From Lama guanicoe (taxonomy: Eukaryota): DNA of 64,000 nt. The stretch is from NCBI GenBank assembly GCA_013239625.1, contig MU054132.1, positions 310,001 through 374,000 of the forward strand. Direction: 5' to 3'. How positions within the stretch are numbered: position 1 is the stretch's first letter; every line of letters begins with the position of its first letter. The notes beneath the pieces are model-generated. The model worked only from the letters and a program-made list of their open reading frames with translations. It made no database searches and was not told the DNA's origin. Below, piece by piece: positions 42,701-57,000 of the stretch. A program made the position numbers and the translations under genes.

Positions 42701-45700
42701 CTTGGAGGCCCAACTTCCAGTGCTGGCACTGCCAGTTATTCTCCAAGAGGGGGCAACACCTGCCAAGGTGGAGGCAACCAGCAGCGCCAGGGAGCAAAGG
42801 CGAAGATGCAGCCCACTTACCCGCGACTGGTTTGGCCTGGGGCACCCTCCTCCTCTTCAGGTCCTCATCCTCTGGGACATAGTTCCGCAGCCTGAGTTCC
42901 CTAAAGAGCAGAGAGGACAAGCAGAGAGGGAGTAAAGTGTGTGACACAGTCCCATTCACCTCATTTCAGGTCAGAACGTGATAAAGCCACACAAGCTGGT
43001 TACTTCCCGACTTTCCTCTGGTCTCTCTGGAGATGACTGGTGAAGGGGGATGGCATGGGAACAGAGGCACCATTGGGAGAATCCCCCCAACCCCAGCCTC
43101 AGCACCCTCATCTGCCAATTAGCAGCTGGCCTGGGTGCTCTCCCAAAGCCCCGCCTGCACTACAGGTTCTCACCAGAGCTGGGGCCAGGAATGCCCAGGG
43201 AGCATTCACTGGATGTCTGTCCTGGATTCCTCCATTTGACAGTTAACGGAACTGAGGGTCAGAGTGACTGCACCATTTTTATAAGGTCACACAGCAGCGG
43301 TTGCAGCAACTGACACAAGGCAAGGTGTGACACCAAGCCAGGGCTCCTGGGCTGAGTTACTCCTAAAAGAGAAAACCAGCAGTCGCCCACTGGTTCCCCA
43401 AGCCCTGCGCCCTCCTCAGAGCCTTGGTGTCCTGGAGCCTCAGCTACTGGTGGCAAGGGTCTGGGTATGCTGGGAGTGGCCGGCAAGGGCTGAGGAAACA
43501 GGCATGGTGGTGTGCAAGGCTGGGAAAGCCACAATCCACCTGGACAGCCATAAGAACTTCACACGCCCCGCCCCTGCAAGAGGGCTTTAAAATCTGCCAG
43601 GGCAGACCCCACGGCCTCTGTGAAAGGGGAGTGGCCACGAGGAGCCCGAATCGCACACTGGGATAGACCAGCGACTGTGGTGTTATTTTCCTCTTATCGC
43701 AGTCTCCCCAGGCAGGGCTCACAGGGGCTCCCTGGCTCAACAGCTCATCAAACCCTGCTTCCGACACACAGAAGCCTGCCTGCAGGAGGGGCCCCTGGCT
43801 CACTCCATGGAGTGGCAAAGAGAGCTCCTGGGGGCTGCTGCTTAATAAAGGCAAGTCAAAGACACTGGGACAGACCATCTAGGCCCTGAGGGAGGCAGAA
43901 GCACCCCCCTACCAATCTGTCAGCCAGGTGGGACTGGGGTGTGGATCCTCCTCCCTCCCCACTGCCTCTTCTGAGCCCTTTCAGGACTGCTGGTCCCTCA
44001 GAAGTCCTGGGAACACTTTCCCAAAGGGTGCCTCCTGCAGTCTGTCATCTACTGAGCCTTCTGTCTATGTCAGGGAAAAGTGTGGCTGACTTCCCCAGCA
44101 CCTGGGCAGGCACACTTTCTCAGAAGTAAGGCAGCAGGTGTCTGTGGCCACACAGCTAACAAGTGGCAGTGGTCTGAACTTGGGGGCTTTCTGATAACAA
44201 ATCAGTCCCCTATTGGCCAGCTCCACCTGCTGCCCCCCTGCCCTCTGCCAGGGCCAAAGGCCTACAGCCCTGGGGCTAGGCTAAAGCTGTGTGCAGGGCA
44301 GTCCCAGTATGGCATGTGTGGAGGGAGCCTGCTGCCCACTCCCAGGGTCTGCCTCCTCTAAGAAGCAGGGACACCACCCTGTCACCCATTCCCTAATGCT
44401 TGCCTCAGGCCTAGGGGTAAATGTCAGGTTATTGAGGCACCAGGAGAGAAAGTGGGGCATGATCGGTGCACTAACTTTCATTTATAACAGGGTGGGGAGA
44501 AAAGCGGAAGAGAAACTGGGTGTGGGAAGAAAACTGCAGGGATTAGTGAGAGGAAAAAAAACCGTCACACTCAGAAACTGGCACTAAAAGAAATCAGAAG
44601 AAAGAAGACCAGTGGGAGCTGTACCCAGAGCTCACAGCATCAGCAACAAGCACCCACACCTCAGCACCCACTGCTGCCTAGGCTTCAGATCAACCAGAGG
44701 GAGGGAGGACACAGCAGGAGACAGGGAGGGGCCAGAAGCAACAGGAAAGGGCAGCATGGGCTGGTGGGCGAGCCGCACAGCACCCACCTCGGCAGCCCCG
44801 CTGCCCACTGCCCCAATCCCCGCTAGAGCTGAGCACTGGTCAAGAAGCCAGGAGCACCTGGGGCCCAGTCACCGTGGGACTGCCCCTCTCTGGGCCCCGG
44901 ATTCACATCTGGAAACAAGGAGGCTATGCTGGGTGTGTCCAGCTCTGTCAAGCTAGGTTCAAGCCCTCCCCTGATCCACTCTGCGGGGGCTACTGAAGAG
45001 ACTGATCCTCACTAACGCCCAATTAACTTCTCTTCCCACTCCACCCCTATTACTGCCAAATGGCTAGTCTCTGGAGAGGTCACGGTGCACTGGGTTCTGC
45101 TGGGGGGCCTGGCCTTTCTAACTAGGACCAAAGTCTAACTTCCTCCTCCTGCAAATAACTTAAAAAACCTGACAACATATTTTTAAAAAAATCTGTGTTG
45201 GCCTTGGAGAAACACCACAGCAACAAGGACCCAGGCTGCAATCACAGAGAAAGAGAAAATGCAACAAGATGAGCCTGACACTGGCCATTTCTTTCCCTTA
45301 AAGCATTTGTCTTTTTACAAGCAGAGGCTGAAAAGCTGAGAGACCAAACAGTTTCCTGCAATCTCACAGGGCTGAAGAGTCAACAGACTGTGTTCAGCGA
45401 GAGGAAGCCTGAAAGGGGAGGTGAGGGTAACCCTGCCTGCCAGAAGCTGGAGTAAATGCTCTCTGGAGGAAAATAAATTACTCAGAACCCCAAATTATCT
45501 CTGGAACTTTTCATACACAATATCCAGGATTCAATCAAAGCCATGGGGGAAAAAAAAGATAAGAATCGAAATATACTCACAGGAGATCTGGATATTAGAA
45601 TACAGTATCAGAAATGAAATGTAAAATAACTGAAATTAATCAGCTGGGAAATTCTACAAGTGAAAATATAATCAAAATTATGAACTCAATAAATGGGTTC

Positions 45701-48700
45701 AACAGCAGTTTAGACACAGCTAAAGAAAGGGTTAGCGAATGAACTGCAAGTTAAGCCAGAAAATATCCAGACTGAGGCACTGAAGGAAAAAAGTTGAAAA
45801 ATACAAAAAAGAACTTAAGAAACATATGGAACATGATTAAAAGATCTAACATACATGTAATCAGAGTCCCCAAAGCAATGTTTAAAGAGATGACTGAAAA
45901 TTTTACAGAATTAGTGAAAAACATCAAGCCATGGAGTAAAGAAACTCTATAAACCCCAAAGAAAAGCACCCCAGGCAAATCACTGTCAAACTACTTAACA
46001 CCAAAGACAAAGAAATTCTTGAATTAGATAAAGACACCCAAACTTCAAAGAAACTAAAACTGACAGCCAACTTTTCAACAGAAAAAATGGAAACCGTAAG
46101 ACAATGGAGATACATGGGAAGTACCAAAAGTAAATAAAATGCCACACCAGAATTATAAAGCTAGGCAAAACAGCCGTCAAAGAAAGACTTTTCCAGATAA
46201 AGAAAAGTTGGGAAAACTAGTCATCAGAGGATCTGTTCTTTAAAAAATACTAAAGGGAATGCTTTAGACTGAAGGAAAGTAACCTCAGACGGAAGTACGG
46301 AACTGAGGAAGGAATGAAACGTCAGAAAGAGTAAATATGCGCGTAAATTTAAGCAAATATTGACAGTATAAAACATGAGAAGGGTCATGCATTCACTGGC
46401 TTTCCACAGGTGGAAATCGAGGTCATCGGTTTCTCATGAGGCTGTGGACATCAACACTGAACAGAGTGTGGTCCTGCAGAGCAAAGGTCAAATCTCCCGG
46501 GAGTGCCACCTGCCCCACTCTGCCCCAAACCCTGAGAGTTCTAGCTGCTAGGGTGTGAATATGACAGACTGTCCCAAGACAGGACAGTCCATCTTCCAAA
46601 GCCCAGAGAGTAACCCTTGAGCGCAGGTGGGAACAAGTGGCCCAGCAAACACATGCACAGCCTACCAGGGCCTCTCAAAATGAGCTGGCGTGCCCAAGCA
46701 GACAGAACACGGTCCTCATGTGGCCCACAGGGTGGCAGGGATGTGCCGTTCTGCACGTCACACAGCAAGTGCCAGGGCTGACCAGGACACACCACCAGCA
46801 TTTGGGGCCCAGCCAAAGAACAATCTCCTACCTGTCTTCCCAGTGTGTCTGGTCTCCATGAGCTTGGCACTGTCACTAGGGAGTCCTGGAACCTGGGCCA
46901 GCCAGGATTCTGGCTTCTTGTCTTACTGCTTATCTCTGTAGCCCTTTTTGCTCAGAACTGTGTGTGAAATGGACCTGGACTGAAACCTTCTGGATAAGGG
47001 AAGGAAATGACAGGTTCCAATTGCATGGGCCCTTCCTACCCCTGAGGCAACACCTGAGCAATGGCCCATGGGATCCCCAGCTCTCAAGCAGCCAAAGGCA
47101 GAGGTGCCAAGAGCCAGGCCAGGGAAGGCCCCAGAGCCTTTCAGCCTGCCCTCCCCTGGTTGAAGGCTGCAGGACACGTGAGTCCTGTGCTAGGTGCTCT
47201 GAGGAACACAGACGTGAGAACCCCCTCCTTGAGTTAACCCTCTCCTAGGGGAGAGAGCACATCATGCAGACTCTAGTTATGTGCCCTCTAGCTACATCCT
47301 CAACCACAGAATGTCACATGACCAAAGGGACAAGGAAGATGTTCTTTACTAACTTCTCTGAGATGGAAGACGGACTGTTATTGACAAGAGCAAGGTGAGG
47401 AACAGTGGTACAGCAGTGCACTGTGCTATCCCTGTGTGTGTTGAGGGATGGGAATATGTCAGCATGTGTGTTGATCTGTGCATAGCCTACCTCTGGAAGG
47501 AGCCAAGAAGCTGGCCCCGAAGGTGGTCTTGCAATTGGGAAGTTGGGAGTGAAGGAAATTTTTCTTCCCCTTTTAACACCTTTTGCATTCTGAACCATGA
47601 ATCCTTTACAAACTCAAAAAAATAAAGTAAAATATATAAAGGTACACTTAAATAGCTAGACATTATATGGATCATTATATAACCACTGAAAATAATGTCT
47701 GCAAAGGATTGTTCTGAACATGTAACAGAAATTTAACAGAAAAACAACCAAAAGTTGACAGTGATTAAGTGATTTTTACTTATTTATTTTGATTTTCAGT
47801 GGTTTCCAGAATTTCTAATGTAATTATTTTTTCAGAACAGAAGCAACCGATCAATGAGACAAAAGAAAGCAAAAAAGGGGAAACAGGCAGAGGGACATAG
47901 TGAGGTTGATCTTCAGGAGCAGGGGACTGTGGGAGGCTCTGCATCAGGCAGTTCCCTGCACTCAGGCTCCAGTGGGCCCCAATCTCTCTGGCCTGGGACC
48001 AGGCTATCCCTCTGGCCAAAGGAAGCAGAGACCAAGCCATACTTTGGGGGATTTCTGTCCTGGTGTCTGGAAAGAAGGGCAGCACAGTGAGCCCAGTGCC
48101 TTCAAGGTCCCTGCCTTTTGCTACCAGATGACCTGGGCCACCCTTAGTCTCTCTGATCCAGGGCCCCAAGACTCCTGCAAACAAGTATAAACACAGTCCT
48201 GGTCTTATCCCTCATCAGTCTCTAAAGGCTACTTTCCAGTCAAATGTCCCCTGGGTCACCGCCAGCCCTGATGCTACACACTTTCCAGCCCATCAGGCTT
48301 CAAGAACTAGCTCAACAAGGCGGCACCGTGGGCAGCCCCTCCCGCTCCTGAAATGTCCCCACCCACCTAAGACACTGACTACACCTCTCCTGTGGCCCTG
48401 TTTGCCCTACCTGCCCTTCTACCCTCTGCTCAGCAGCCATCACACACCATGCACATGGTCACTTGATGGCTGTATGTTCTGTCCGGCACACCCTGCCCCA
48501 CAAGGTCCTAGAGACCCAGCCCTGGCACTTAGCACTCAACAGCTCCAGGACGGGCTGGGCACATGCTCTCAGCTGCATAAATGAATTCAGAGAGGCACTT
48601 GGGAGAGAGCTTTATGGGTAGCCTGGGGCTCTCCGGGTCTTTTAAAATGCTTGGGAAGACAATGCAGGAAGCAAAGAAGCTGTGTCCAGGAAATGCGGAG

Positions 48701-51700
48701 AGGGCAGGAATGTGGCTGGGTCAGGGCAGCCAACTCCTAAGTGACTTCCCAGGTCTTTAAGGCAAAGCAACGGGGCAATGCCCAGTTCATGTCCTACTGA
48801 GTCTCCTTAAACTAGAAACGTCCCTTCCCATTTCCTCTCCTCCGCTTCCTCCCCAGGTGTCTGAGGAGACTGTCAAGGGTGTGCAGGTACGTGATCACCC
48901 TGAGGTCTTCCTTGAGGCCAGCGGCAGGGTTCCCAGGGGTGGGCTGGCCAGGGAGATTGGAAATTCCAGGAAATCATCCCCTGGGGATGTTTTTATATAC
49001 CTTCCGCCTGTGCCACTCACGGGAAGGGAGTAGAGAAAGTTGGTATTCCCGGGAGTAGAGTTCTAGAAACGTTGAAGAGAAAGGAAATTTCCAGACTATC
49101 TGGTCCAACCCTTTCACTGGCAAGCAGGCCTGAGAGGAAGTCTACACTGCCCATGAGGTTTCCAAGCCCCGGTCCACTTCACCTGCTCACTTAGGGACCA
49201 GTCTTCCCCTTTGGGACAGTGGCCTCTCCTCTCCCCTCATAGCTCATGGGGCCACTTCACACTCACCCCCGGTCCTGGATCCCTGGAGACAGGCCAGAAT
49301 GGGGTGGGCCCACGTGGCCTGCTCCCAGAGAACAGGTCTGCCCCACCTGGCCGCCCTGGTCCCTCCTCCCCATACAAGCCCCTTAGGGACCAGAGAGAGA
49401 GAGCAGTTGTGAAGCTCTCCTCAGGGTAACAGACCACAGGGAAGGCAAGCCCAGGATGGGCCTGCAAGGCTGCTGGGGGACAGCAGTGGCGGAGTTATCG
49501 GCACCTCTGATCACAGAGGGCTTTCAGTTCGAACACTTAGGACAGAGACACAGCACTCTTCCAGGAAAATGTACACACATGCCTAGTAACTTTCTCTGTG
49601 TGTTAGGCTCCACCCACGGACACTCACCCGGTGTCCCCAACACAAACAGCAAGGCCTTGTTCGTTTCCGCTGAGGCCAGACCCTAGAGGCCCATGAAAAA
49701 CGAGGTGAGAGGCAACTATCCTAAATGGTGTGCACACTGCTCCAGAGACTGATCATTTATTTCTTTTAAGACCCATTAAAATGTTGAAACACTGTGACCC
49801 CATGCCACCCTAGGGAATTATTCCATAGAAATAGTAACAAAACAAAGACAAACAAAACAAAACGTTCTACACACAAATGTTTCTGGCAGCATAATTTGTA
49901 ACAGCCATGGAGCAGACACCTCTGACTCTTCTGGCGGAGTCCCCTCGAGAAGCCTGCGAGCACCCTTCCAGGGGATGGCCAAGATGAGGGGGGACAGCTC
50001 AGGACGGTGCAATCAGAACACCTGGAAATTTCACTGCAGGTAAAGTACACGATCAGGATGGAACATGGATACTGGAAACAGATGCACTATGGAGGGACAT
50101 TTTTGTTTAGTGGTTGTTGAACAGTTTAATTTACGACACCTGATGGCTGGCTTAACAGCAAATGAAACTTCTTTTAAACAAAACTTTTCAAGAGCCTAGG
50201 AGCATCTTCCCTCCCAGGCGGAGGGCACTGTCCTCCAGCTGTTCCCCGGAAGGGCAACTCTGGCCTCACTCCAGGGCAGAGAACAGACACAGGACAATAA
50301 AAGCTCCCTCCCCTTCTACCCGGCCAGCTCTGCCACCACCCTGCCATCCCACCCTAGGCCTGTGGTCCTTCTGATGCACAGGGTGAACACAACACCAGAA
50401 CTGACCACGTGCTGGACTGGGCCATGTCACATGTACAAAGTCTCCCAAGAAACTCCTAGCAAACACCTCCTCAGAGTTTCAGGTAAAGGGGTGGGAGCTC
50501 CTGCGCCCTCCAGGCCTTGCTGCCCTGCCCCCAACCCAGAGTGCAGGCCATAATGAGTGAGGTAACGGCTCCTTCTCAGTAAGAACACCCTCCTCTCACT
50601 GCCTCTCAGGACCACCCTTCGATATAAGGTGGAGGTGGTTACTGAATGTTTCCAGATGTGGGAAATAGTCCAGACAGATTCGTGGATGTGCCCAGGGTAT
50701 CTGAGTGAGGGAAGAGCCAGAGCTGTAATCCAAACCCAAGTCTCTCTGGCCTTGAGGTGGACCCCGCCCCGGCTCCCCTCACCAGGACCTGTGAAATCTG
50801 ATTTTCTAAATTTTCTACAATTGAAAAAAATCTACAAGCACTTTAAATATCAATTTAAATTTAAAAAGAGGAGTGTGGTAAAGGTTTATGGCAGCTGAGC
50901 TGAATCCCAGAGGGCCCACAAGATGAGAAATGAACTGGCTGCACTTGCTGTTGGGGCCCCCAGGTGGTGCTGGAAACAGGAGCCTGCACAGTCCACTGCC
51001 CCCCACCCTAGAGGTGGATGGTGTCATTCTCAGTGGGCTGCCCTGGGCTGCAAACTGCCGGCCCCGCCGCAGCCTGCCCAAGAGGAGCCCCACTCTGCAC
51101 CACATAGCTGCCGGCAGCCCTGATGCCCACCCTCCTGCCCCAGCCAAGAGGGCACGTGGGACAAAGGCAACAGCACTAAGAGAGAAGGTGCTGCAGCAGA
51201 AAAGGGCCTGGCCTGCCTGGGAGCTCACAGGCAGAGGACAGGAACGGCTCCGTTTCCTCATCTGCGACATGATGGCTGTTCTCCACGCTGACTGCACATC
51301 AGATGGATGGGGAGGGGTCCCAGTGGCACTCCCCTCCCTCTCAGCCGGGAGAGCTTAGAAGAGTCACTTCACCTGCGTGTACTGTGGTTTCCTCACCTCA
51401 CGGTGGAACACACCTACCCCCAGAACAGGTTTAATGAGAAGGGCTTATGAAGCCCTGGAAAACGTGACTGTGATTCAAGATGAAGACTTTTTTCCATGTA
51501 GAAAGGCCCCAGCAGTGCTCCTACCCTCCAACTACATGAAGGGAAGCACCTGGCCTGGTCACATAGAGTTGGCTTCCCATGACACCACCTTCCTTAAACC
51601 ATTTCTCTCTTGGTTTCTTCTTCCGCATTCCTGGGCCTAGTCCCGAGCTACAGGGTCAGGAAAAATAGGGTGGCTAACAGGTCTCTGTTCTGCTGCCTCA

Positions 51701-54044
51701 GCACAAGGCATGGAGCCACATTCTATCCCCACCACCCCGTGCATGGCTGGGACAACCCCGGCCTGGAGTGGGAAGGAGTGAGGTAACTCAGGAGGTGTGG
51801 GTGGGAGCTGTTCTGGTCATCACCACCACAGTGGAGCAATGTCTTCCGAATCAAGCTGACATCATGGGTCTGCAAGCACACCCTGGTGCACAGCCACCAT
51901 CCTGGGGATCCATCAGGTAGACGAGAGAAGGCCTGGCATTTGTCAGCGTAAAGGGTTCAGGCACTGGGCCAGGGCTGGGCTGGGCCCTTTCCCCACTTGG
52001 AGTTGGAGAACCGGTTTTGAATCCTGAAGACGACAGGTTAGTGGCCTAGTTCCTTCTGTGGTACAAGACGCTCACCCAGGAGGAGCCACTGTCCCTGAAT
52101 GGTGACTGCTCCAGCTGGGTACAGACCTCTCAATCCCAAGCTGAGGGGAGGTGGCAGCCTTCGGGGCTGAGGGTGTGGGGCTTGCTTGTTCAGGGTCCAA
52201 CATGTTTGGTCCCTGAGCTGCTATGAGCAAAGGAACAGGCGGGTCAGCACAGGGCCTCAGAGAGGGTCTCGTGCATCACCACGAGTGACCTGTTAAGACC
52301 GAGCAGGTGAGCGGGGTCTCTTTTATCCAGAGATCACTGATAAGAATGTGGAACTGCACCTCCCTTTCGCCTTCTTTTCACATGGTTTCTATTATGAAAT
52401 ATCTCAGGCCACAGAAAAGTCCAGAGAGTAACACATGTACTTGCCTCCACCAGAGCCAACATAAGCAACATTTTGCCATTTTTGAGGCAGATTTATTCAC
52501 CCTCCCCACCCCTTCTTTTTTCCCCCCAAAAAATCACATCCTGTAGCTGGTTAAAGCCCTTCCCTTAACCCTGGTCCTCCATGCACACGTTTACACTTGT
52601 GCAACTTCTGCTTCCCTGCCCCTGGCATCTTAGCGGTCTGATTCCCCCGAGAGAACATCAGCTCCAGGAGGGCAGGGACTGGGCTTGTCACTGCTGCCTC
52701 TCCGGGGCCTAGGATGATGCCCTGTGTAAGTCAGACAACCCACCTGTTGTTGACCGAACAACACATATTGTTATGTGTGATTCTAAATTGGATATAAACG
52801 TCTCTGCCCCAAGTGTCTCAATTCTGAAGCCGGCTTTTTCCTCCACTCAACACCATGTTTGAGATTCAACATTCAAGTCTGCTGTATGACCCACCCACTT
52901 GCTAACCAGTGACCCTCCTCTTTCTCAGAGAGAAAAAGGATCAGAGAAGGGACCTTCCAGCAAAGCCAAGACAGTCAGAAACTGGAACTCAAGTTTCCAG
53001 CCAGCAATTGAAAACCTAAGAAACCAGAATAAAACCGAAGGGTCTCTCAGAGGTTACCACACAATGGGAGAAACTGCAGGCACCCACCGTCAAGCCCCCA
53101 AGTCTGTGCTCACTTGCCAAAAAGGCAACAACCTGGTCATCGTCTCTGTCATCAGCAAGGGCCATGTGAGGTGCTGGGGGGCTAACAAGAAACCACAGAA
53201 GCCAGCGTGAGGGTGACAAGGGTCCCTGCACCACCACTGAGCATCACCAGCCTCTCAGCACAGAGCTGTTACTGTCTCTGCTAACAAGGGAGGTGCCAAG
53301 GACCCTGCAGGGCTGCTGTGAGGACAGTGTGAACGCACTGTGGAAACTGTCAAATCACACATGCGTGTATACACACGCACCCCTGTGGACTTGAAAAAGC
53401 CCCGTCTCATCTGAGATCAGCTCCTGAATCTGAGTAAGAAGGCAGAGATGAGGGGCCTGCACCCGGGGAGGGTTCCACTCACACTGGTGAAGGCAACAGC
53501 AGGCTGTGGCATCAGAAAGGCCTGCTCCCGAGTGCTGGCCCCACTTCCTCTGGGGAGCACCCCTCTTTTCCTGCTGCACCCCCTCCAAGCACAGCCCCCG
53601 AGATAAGCTTTCTCAGGGAATCAAGATCTACTCCCGCAGGTGAGCAGGTGCCCAGGCTGATGGTCCAGGCAAGCTTTACACACCAGGGAGAGTCTGGACC
53701 TGATTCTGCAGGTGCTGTAGAAACCATGTCATGCAAGGTGTTTAAGGAGAAGAGTGAGGAGACATAATGTGAGGGTCTGGAGGAAAAGGCTGGCGGCTAA
53801 GAATCAGAAAGCCAATTGGGGAAGCAGTGAATGTTGAGACTGTCATGTCTGAACAAGGGAGCCGCGGGATGGAGAGGAACGAACTGGGTAGAGACTGAAT
53901 GCAGAGTTGGGAGGATGTGGAAACCACCAGGTACTGGGGGAGAGCGCAGGGCAGAGAGCAGCGCCAGGGGCGTTACCTGTGCTTCTCGCCTTCCTCCTCC
54001 CCTTCTCTGAGCTGCTTGGTCTTTGGCTCCCCATCTTCCTTGTC
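39620..54044 (-). CDS. CCDC12: Coiled-coil domain containing 12 (Cwf18-like spliceosomal protein), 5'-partial: complement(join(39620-39702,39798-39874,40878-40912,41134-41195,42821-42900,53977-54044)); exon 1 lies beyond the window
   Basis: Spliced translation is DKEDGEPKTKQLREGEEEGEKHR-ELRLRNYVPEDEDLKRRRVPQAKPVA-VEEKVKEQLEAAKPEPIIEEV-DLANLAPRKPDW-DLKRDVAKKLEKLEKRTQRAIAELIR-ERLKGQEDSLASAVDTTTEQEACDSD*. All introns are GT-AG with consistent phases; the gene is the expected neighbour of PTH1R. Confidence 0.96.
39798..39874 (-). CDS. CCDC12: CCDC12 coding exon 6 (DLKRDVAKKLEKLEKRTQRAIAELI)
   Basis: tccag| acceptor, TCC|GTAAGT donor, 77 nt. Confidence 0.96.
40878..40912 (-). CDS. CCDC12: CCDC12 coding exon 5 (DLANLAPRKPDW)
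   Basis: cccag| acceptor, TTG|GTGAGT donor, 35 nt. Confidence 0.95.
41134..41195 (-). CDS. CCDC12: CCDC12 coding exon 4 (VEEKVKEQLEAAKPEPIIEEV)
   Basis: tctag| acceptor, GTT|GTGAGT donor, 62 nt. Confidence 0.96.
41193..41206 (+). promoter_or_regulatory. CTCF core motif CCACTAGAGGGCGC overlapping the CCDC12 exon 4 splice acceptor
   Basis: Matches CCASYAGRKGGCRS at every position. Confidence 0.65.
42821..42900 (-). CDS. CCDC12: CCDC12 coding exon 3 (ELRLRNYVPEDEDLKRRRVPQAKPVA)
   Basis: tttag| acceptor, CGG|GTAAGT donor, 80 nt. Confidence 0.96.
45130..46380 (+). mobile_element. Old L1 (L1M/L1ME) 5'/ORF1-region relic
   Basis: A-rich; aactcaataaatgggttcaacagcagtttagacacagctaaagaaagggttagcgaa, tctaacatacatgtaatcagagtccc and aaagacttttccagataa...aaaatactaaaggga are L1 ORF1-region motifs. 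Confidence 0.75.
52630..52765 (+). mobile_element. L2 LINE 3' end
   Basis: cagctccaggagggcagggact...gtcactgctgcctctcc...gcctagga...gttgttgaccgaa. Confidence 0.65.
53977..54044 (-). CDS. CCDC12: CCDC12 coding exon 2 (DKEDGEPKTKQLREGEEEGEKH)
   Basis: ttacag| acceptor, CAG|GTAACG donor, 68 nt. Confidence 0.93.
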
Positions 54045-57000
54045 CTGTAAAGGAAGGGAGAAAACCACGTGCTCAGATGGACACTCCTTCCAGCCCACAA
54101 TGCCCAGGCAGCTAACGGAGAACAGGATTCTCAGGAGCCAGACAGCCTGGCAGGGACCAGCTTAGCATTCCAGCCTCCAAGTCACGCTCATCTCAGCCTC
54201 AACAGAGTATGCTTGCTCTGCAGGTGCGCTGAGGGCCACAGCAGCAGGAAACGCCTTCCGGGGCTTTCTCCCTTACTATATGACCACTGCTGTTGGGCCA
54301 CCTACCTATGGACAAACGGATATGGAGGGCGTGCGTGTGCGCTCTTGAATGTGTGTGGCCACGCCTTCAGTGCCTGTCCTGAGAGGCTCTGGGACAGAAT
54401 CCTGTCCAGGGTCTCCCTGCGTGCCAGGGCTGGCCCTCCAGAGGGTATCAATGTGCCCTTGATTACTGGCCGAGACTGGCCTCTGACTCTCACCGGAGCG
54501 TGTTCTGAGGGGACATCTGGAAGCCCCGGCCATAGGGAACCTGCTGCGATGGAGATAAGAATGTACTGTACACATTGTAAGTAAAACTGCTGCTTGTACC
54601 ACCCCTCCTAGAAGTTTGTTTACGCCACTGACAACCACCTCCCCGAGAGTGGCATTCACTTTATGAGTCATTTCCTGCCAGTGTTCATCGTGGAGACCCT
54701 GGGAACCATCAGACCGTGCCATTCCTTGGCGACACACCTATGGGGCAAGCAGACTACCCAAACTGGGCTGGAGGCCTGGCCCAGAGAAATGCTTCCGTGA
54801 AGTGAACAGAGAATGATACCCCCTCATTCTCTCAACCCAGGGCAGCCCGGTCTCCTGGGGACGAGGCAGCAGGAACGGATGACAGCAGCGACATGAAAGG
54901 CCGACATGGGTCTGTGGGGTGGGTGGGGCCTTCCCACCTTCCTACTGAGGGATGGGCGGAATCTGGGTGTTACAGGATGGGGAGACAGCAGTGGGAAGGG
55001 CATTCCCAGAGGGGAACAAGCTTGAGCAAAGGCAGGGTGTGGTCTGAAGAACATGCAGGTGGTTTGGAGGCACAGGTGAATTCAGTAAGGTTGCCAAGGC
55101 AGTTGGGGCTGATTACAGAGGGCTCTGGCCAGTGTTCTTAGGCAGCAGGAGCCAGAGGGGCCTGGGGGAACTGCCAGAGGAAGGACCAGAGGCCCTTCCT
55201 AAGAGCCTGCCAACCATGCTGGGCAGGGAGGCCCCAGGGCAGAAGCATTTGTTTGGTGATGGCCAAAGAGGGAAGGGAGAGCAGAGTACAAACTCTCAGC
55301 TGAGAAACAGGGTTATCTACATGGTCCCAGGCTGCATGCACCCCTTCCTGACTAAATGCTAGTGATTAAGTAAGCCAGAAGCCAGGACAGTCAAATAAAA
55401 AGCTCCTTCCTAATTGCCAGCCAGTGGACTCCCTGATGGCCAGAGGTCCTGCAGCAGGGGAAGGAGGTGGCAGGTGCCTCCCCTTGGTGAGCAAGGACAG
55501 AGGTGGAAGAGCAGAAAAGGCTCAGCTTTCCCCCAAACCGGGCTGGTGGGTAAGCCCACAAAAAGGCTTCTTTCCACGGGGACGCTGTTAACCTGGATCA
55601 GCTGGGAGTAGAGGGTGAGGACTGTGGGAACACATGCTTTAGAGCGAGTCCTTTGCCAACACCATGCTCTTCCCAGCCCCTGAGCACGGGCACACTCAGC
55701 GGCAGGGCTGCCACCACCCTCCTGGGGTCCTGGGAGACACTCAAGTGTCTGAGCAAAGGCCATGTTATTCATTAATAAATGAGAAAACACTCAACGATCT
55801 AAACGACATTAAAAAAAACGCCCCGCAGTCTGGTGGGTGGGGAGCAGCATCAGCTGTGCAGATGGCTGAGGTTAAGGAAGACCCCAGCCTGGGATGCTGT
55901 GCAAGAGCAGGGGCTCAAGAACGGCACCGAAACACGCACGGGGCGGGAGCAGGTGAACAAGTTACAGGCCACGTGAGTGCAGGGATGGGGGGCGCTCCAG
56001 TCTGCCCGGTCCATGGCGACTCAGCACAGTGAGCATCCATGAGAAGGGAAGTGGTTTTGGGGTGACCCTGGCCTAGGTCACAGGGCAATGATGGTAGCAA
56101 GAGGTATTGATCAGTCTCATGGCTGGCCCAGCCCAGCCTGAGAGACTCCAAGACCCTCAGAACTGAAGGGCTCGCAGGACCACTGTCTTCCAGGTCCTCA
56201 ATTCAACCCCCAGGGGAAGCTGGCAAATGGCTGTCATGGAAAGGAAAGATTTGCCCAAGGTCACAAAACCTATCAGCAGTAGGATCAAGGTCTTCCTGAC
56301 CCTGGCCCTGCATTCTTGCCAAAGAGATGGGAGACAGCATATCAAGAGAGGCACTTAGTTTCTAAAAACAGCTCTGATCCCAGCCACCTCTCCCATGTTA
56401 TCCCATGGTTCAGACCTGGCCGCGCGCACTCAGACCGGCCACAGCCAGCCCGCCTAGGTCTAAGTCCAAGTCCTGGCAGACACCCAAGGGAGCGCTGGCA
56501 GGGCCCGAGGTGCACAGCACCCCAGGGAATCTAGAGACACCTCACCTGCCCCCAAACCCTTAAATACAACTCATGGCCTACCCCCTTCTACACACATCCT
56601 TCCCCGATCTCCCCGCCTTCCTCTCAGCTTCCAACCTCTGTCCTCCATTACTCCCCATCTCCTACACCACCCCCGTAGGTCCCCACCACAGCTATCCCCC
56701 TCACCCTTGCTGGCCAGCCCGCCCCTCTACTCTGGAGAATGCAGTAGCTTGCTGTACTTTACTCCTCTTCCTAATCCATCTCCCCTTCATCTCTCTCTCC
56801 ACCTTATTCATCCACATCATGCATGTCCTCTTCAAAGACAACAGTCAGATCATACTGCCCCCCCACAAAGCTCTCGTTGGTCCCCATGCCCTCAAGAAAC
56901 AGCATTCCTCTCAAGGTGCAGCCTCCCAAAGCCTCAACACTCTCCCTGCAGCCCGGTCACACTAGCCTTGTCCAAAATACTCTTGACAGTGATCCTGTGT